From: Phoronis australis
Lineage: Eukaryota > Animalia > Phoronida
Assembly (NCBI GenBank): GCA_002633005.1
Contig: NMRA01000135.1
Coordinates: forward strand, 270,373-334,372
Reading direction: 5' to 3'
DNA: 64,000 nucleotides
Numbering within the stretch: position 1 is the stretch's first letter; every line of letters starts with the position of its first letter. A model generated the notes under the pieces. It was not told the DNA's origin. It did no database searches and saw only the letters and a program-made list of their open reading frames with translations. A program made the position numbers and the translations under genes. Positions 37,601-64,000 of this stretch are shown here, one piece after another.

Positions 37601-38814
37601 TATCATTCAACTTATACATACAATGTCACATTACTTTCCCTCAATATGCAGTCCAAAAATGACAGCTAACACTGATGATCTGAAATTCAGATCTAATTAA
37701 AAGCAGTACCTTCAACAAAACATTACCTCACAACATAACCTAGAGCAGGAGGAAGACTGTGGAGTCCCCACCAACCATAGATGGCGCCACCACTCAGGCT
37801 GACTTTCATAGCTCATAGGGTGAAAGTTGTAAAATTGTTGTCCTTGTCACTTTTATAGCTGTTGTAGATTTATTAGATAAGCCTACTTTCCAACCAGTCA
37901 CAAGTAATTCAACCCAAGGCAATTGTTCACCCATTTAACACACAATGTATTGGTCAAGTGAAATGGCATTTTGTCAAATTCATCAACAGGAATAGAAACC
38001 AAGAAAATTTTAGTCTGTTGTTGCTTAGTTTGTAGTTTGCAGATGACAGTAAAGTGTCTATAATTTGAAGCAAAGTTAACAGTCTTTGAAAACAGAAAAA
38101 TGACAATTTGGCAATTATTGTTGTGCGAAATAAATGAAGAATTATTTTAAAGGCGTAGCATCATATGTAGGTTGGTAGTGGTGCTAGCTAACTCACCCCA
38201 ATGCTAGAGTGCCCCACAGTCTCCAACACAGACTGCACATTATCATTTAACAAAACAAGCTCAACAGCATCTCAACACTTTGAAATATGTACAATAATAC
38301 CAAGTCCACTTAAATGCTCCAGTTTATTCTTACCAACACCTGAAAGTGTTAAGCAAGACAATGTACAAATTGCAAAAGCAAAACAAGACTTTTTACACTC
38401 AGTATTTAACCATGACTCCATTCTCATATGGAGATATGCCCAACAACACCTAGTATAGTGCTTGTCAAAAATAATCAGACAAAATGACCCACAATTCCCA
38501 GCATGACAGCTGAACACATGTGAAATATCCCATCATGTCACAGCCAATAGCAAGCAGAATTCACCATCAAAGTGGCTAGAACATGACTGTTACCATGGTG
38601 ACTGGGAAATGATATTTGTCTGATAACTTTTGGCATGCAACCTATAGGTCACCAGTACACAAAAGAGGCATCTTTCTACCAGATACACATAAAAATTACT
38701 ATTCATGTTACAGTACTCAAACTGGTCAAACACAGTCACAAAATATGTATTTTCAGTCTTCTAATACACACATTCAATGAAGTGCACAAAACCTTGCTCC
38801 TGAAGACACAGCTT

Positions 38815-59693
<20,879 letters not shown>

Positions 59694-59804
59694 GGCTGAA
59701 TCAAGAGAGTGTGGGTTTTATCTGTACACAACTGCCAGCAGTGAACTTTCTCGACCTCGCACGCAGTGTCAATCCAAACTTCACGAAAGTGATTGTAACG
59801 TTTA

Positions 59805-59822
59805 CTCTGATTGGCCAATATG
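59805..59822. promoter_or_regulatory. Overlapping inverted CCAAT boxes upstream of SQOR
   Basis: CTGATTGGCCAAT about 120 bp upstream of the SQOR ATG. Confidence 0.45.
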
Positions 59823-61435
59823 GAAAATTCGCTGGTACCCACTTGCCTTCTCGTTGTGGGGTAATATCCTAGAATCTGATTACGCTCGCTCACCGCGCGC
59901 TCATTGCGTTTTTTGACAAAATTACGATAAATGCCCCGCCACTCAAAGGATTATTTGGTACCATGGGGTCACCCGGCGAGCAAACTCATCACGTGCGGTG
60001 TCCAACCAGGTGATGTAAGTGCCTCATGGTGTGGGCTAGCAGGGCCAAATGTGAGAGGTTCTGAATGCCTCAGTGTTTGAAATGGGCTTGACTTAGTTGT
60101 GCGCGAGTTAGTACTAACTGAATTAGTATTTTGGGGTGCCGGTGCTGATCTGAGACGAAAAAATTATTTGGTCACTACACGGTCCCGTTGGGGCCAACAC
60201 CGGCTCCCCCGGCCGGCATCCTGCAAAATCTTGCCATATGTTCTGCAAAACCCTTTAACGTGTTGGTTTGTGTATTTGATCATGTAATAGACTGTATCGA
60301 GTATCCGATGCCTGCAGCCATTCCCAGTTCGTTTTGACAAATCAGTTGCCAGCTTACAAAAAGCTTTGGTGAGCAACGGAGCGGTCATAGGTCATTCTGA
60401 AATAAACAAAGTCATGCTGCTCAAGGTCGCTTTCGTCACGTTTTTGCTGGGACAAATGCGTCGATGTCACGGTTTGAAAAAACATGACATTTAATTGTAC
60501 GTGGACGAACCAGGAGACTAATCCAAAAAATAACGTAACACCACTTGTTGCGTTGCAATTGTACCCCGCGGCATGGCTTGGAGACCGGGCGTGTACTGTA
60601 GGCTACGTCAGGCTGCTCGCGGTGTACACTGCATGGCTACACGTCTGAGTTAGTGCTTTGGCGCGCGGCGCCATCAGATTTTGAGTAGATCTATTGCTTT
60701 GTCCGTATGAGCATTTGAGTATAGAGGCCCAGCGCGCTTCGAGTACGTACGCTACAGGTTCTACAGTTGCGTTTAGCTGAACTCGACTGGGCTTTGTGAC
60801 GCCTGGGGTCCCATTTGAGGTAGCCTTTTTCAAAAAACCTGTCGGAATTGTGCACAGTACACTTCGTAATCCCTGCCGCCCGAACGGATCCGAAGGCCTC
60901 TACTGAACCCGCCCAGTGTCTGCCTTGCCATATTGCGGGCTCCACTCGGGCCCTGGCGGGACTCACCGGTCAGGTAATCTCAGTACCAGTCGACGGTTCT
61001 GCAACTATAACAATTTAGTGTTTGTTTTGACCGAAGCTATTCAAGTGGTCTCGGTGCATATTCAACCGGGACACATCTCGGTGTGATTTGGGTCGCGGCG
61101 GCACGTATAGTTTGCGGTCACTGGGAGCTCAAAATAGCTGACTTTCAGACGTCTGAAAAGTGCATACATGGGCACTAGATTAGAAAGCATTAGGTCAACT
61201 TTTGCTGTGGCGGATCTAGGATATCACAAGGGGGCCAACACAATTGTCTGTAAACATTTGTGCATAGCACTGAATGGGGGGAGGTCGGGAAAAACCCCTC
61301 ACGGCCAGGAAATTTTTCTGTTTTTTCTTCTAAAAATCAAGCATTTTGCTAGATTCCTGTAGTGTTATCCAAGAAAAAAGGGCAAAGAAATAAAAAAAAA
61401 CACGGAGAATGTGTCAAACTTGAAAAACTACAATT

Positions 61436-61502
61436 ACCACAGACTCGAACTCACGATCTGGCGTTTAGAGAGCGCGTGCTTTACCACAACACCACCACGA
61501 AT
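61436..61502 (-). mobile_element. tRNA-derived SINE-like head
   Basis: Minus strand TGGTGTTGTGGTAAAGCACGCGC...GAGTTCGAGTC (A and B boxes). Confidence 0.45.
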
Positions 61503-63158
61503 TTCACTCGTAAATTTTTACTAAGAGACCTACTTGGTTATGGTCCACAGCGTTTTCGCGAGAAACCTACTTCTTTTTGTAATGTTTATTACACTTTTTA
61601 TATTCTGTGCAATCAGTTCGTAACAAATTTGTTGTATTCAAAATAGTCTTCAATTGCCCAAAATAGACCAAATCCGTTATTTTGTGTTGGCATTAATGAC
61701 GCGATTGCTCTGGACAAACAGACAATTATGAGTTTCTGAGTAATTCAATAAAGCTTCGATTAAAATTCACATCTTACCAGCAGCTTCTGTTTTTTCATCA
61801 TCACTCAGATTCCATTGTCTTTAAAAGATGAAGTAATTTTCTTCATTGCACAGTGAAGCAGACGATGGAAACGGAGTCGTTGTGCGCAGCGCCACTGCCA
61901 GTCGCCTTGGATATCGCGGGAGAGCCTATACTTAGCCATAGTTCTGTTACGATTGAGCCGTGTTCCGAATTTGACACTTGAAATTGGATCTGATCCCCCC
62001 CCCCAAACACACTAAAACTGCATACATTTAAATCTTGTTTCGGCCGTATAATGTTAATTACCGGGGTTAATTAATAAACTCAACATTTCCCTACGCTCTT
62101 GCTGTTTTATTTTTTGCGGCAGCCNGGCGGGCCCCCTGGGCTCCCCCTAAATCCGCCTATGTTCTGTAGCAAATTTCTCACTTCCCTTTCAGTTCTTATT
62201 CTTCGCACGGATTGAGACCTTACGTTGCACTAAAATGATACGGGCCTAGTGCAACAAACATCAAAATGACGTAATTTCAGTTAAATTCTTGAACCTATGC
62301 AATTCGGAAGAAGCAACGCGATATTTCTTCGCATTTTGATAACATTCTTGATTTTTAGAATTAAAAAGTATTTTTAAACCTGTTGGGTATGCGAAATGAC
62401 AATTATCTATAACTTAAATTATTTAGCTTCTGATATAATCCTACACCGGCCATCAAGAACTGATGAAGGGATTTCTAATGATATCGGAGTTTTCCGTAAA
62501 AAGGCCCACCCGATGAAACGCCCATGGGCGTTTATTCGGAAAATTATGCCAAGTAAGCGCCCATGGGTGCTACAACTTCTGGTGTCAAGCGTCCAGATAG
62601 TGAGGCGTTTATTCAGAAAATTTCCAGTCAACTTTTTGTCACAAATTCAGTTTTATGAAACATTTATCATTTATAAAAACGTGCAAGGTGTTGGCGAACT
62701 ATGCATTTATTAACATAAAATTTAAAAGCACAGTTTTAAGTGTAAAAATTCAAAGTCAGCAAAACTATGACTTCCCATTTACACGACACCCTAAAACGCC
62801 TGAAAATTTTCATTTTCCTAATGCACGCCCATGGGCTTATCTACTGAAAATCTCGCTATGACTCTGATGCAATTCGGTTGTAAAACGGTGGAATTGCGAA
62901 AAATTTTAGTGACAGTAAATTCCATAGAAAGAAACGACACCGGAGAAAACGAATGCATTCAAATGCCACGTATGTGCGGCGCAACCTCACCAGCGCGACT
63001 CTCCAGGGCTAGACTTCCGTCAAGGAGTACTAGACTCCTTGCTTCTATGCCCTGATATGGAAAATGTGACCTTTGACCTTTGAGGTAAACAAAACAATCG
63101 TGCTTTCAAGCTACAGGCAATCAGACTTCTTTGAGCGCATGCGCCCATATATATTACT

Positions 63159-63363
63159 GTGCCCGGTTGCATGAAACAGTCCCAAATAGGAACTTAACTA
63201 AGGTCCCTAAATCTACTGCGTATTTGCGGGCTTGTGAAAACACTGATTGTCCTATCTTATGCTGTTTGCCAATTTTTTGGCTTTGATACTAATCGAGAGT
63301 GAAATCTAGATTGAATTCTAAATATTATTGAAAATAAGTAAGGCTGTTTTCATGCAACGTGCC
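63159..63363. mobile_element. MITE, same family as 3417-3850
   Basis: GTGCCCGGTTGCATGAAACAGTCCCAAATAGG ... TTTCATGCAACGTGCC. Confidence 0.7.
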
Positions 63364-64000
63364 AATTTTTCCCTAGAAATTCTTGTAGTATTTAAAGTGA
63401 ATAACTCTCACGTTTGCAACCAAGAAGTAGATTCGTTGCGATCTGTTTAAAAGGTATTCTTACGAATTTTCGTGCTCCACGCCTCAACCGCGACACCGCG
63501 CGAAGAACACTGGAGGCGTGATCATTTTGTAACGCAACACAGTCACGAAACACTTGAGGGGGAACATTTTCGCTTATGGGACTAGAACCGCGAAATTTCT
63601 GTGAACATTCCAGCCTCGTTGATCATTCTTATCAAACTAGTAAGAACTGAGATTAATTAATCTGCGGAACCCATCCCTGCGCACTGATCCTCGCCGTACA
63701 CGTATGTCCGCATAACTTGAAGTAACTTGTTCACGGCCTAAACTCATTCATGAATGAATGGTTTGTATGATGCGCGCTAGTACTTACCTGTCTACACTGT
63801 ATCCGTGAAGCACACCATTGAGCAATAATTGGCAGAAACAAAAATAAATAATGCGAAACCTTTGACTTTCATAAACTATCCAGCACGCACATGCGTAGAT
63901 GTGGAGCTTCGATGACGATACTAAATGTGAATTCTGAGTGCCTTGATCAGTCCCAGGCTGCCAACCCCCAGTGGCGGATCTACGGGGGGGGTTCAGGGGG

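Overview
AT-rich, intron-rich animal genomic DNA (probably an invertebrate) from a gapped assembly, with N runs at about 3924-4096, 16713-17149, 30039-30061 and 59088-59502. Four host genes can be reconstructed. Three are on the minus strand: the 5' part of a membrane-anchored S9-family peptidase (at least 7 exons, running off the left edge), a 4-exon MFSD4/NAGLT1-like MFS transporter, and a 10-exon mitochondrial sulfide:quinone oxidoreductase (SQOR). The fourth is an intronless class A GPCR on the plus strand. Introns and intergenic DNA are full of MITEs, SINE-like heads and tandem repeats. The most interesting feature is a degraded RLE-type (HERO-like) non-LTR retrotransposon at 16122-18835 on the minus strand. 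It is bounded by 105-bp direct repeats. Its 3' UTR carries a hammerhead-ribozyme core whose strands are in a non-circularly permuted (pseudoknotted) order, and its 5' UTR carries a second, type-I hammerhead-like motif. All structures were read by eye; no folding or homology search was run.
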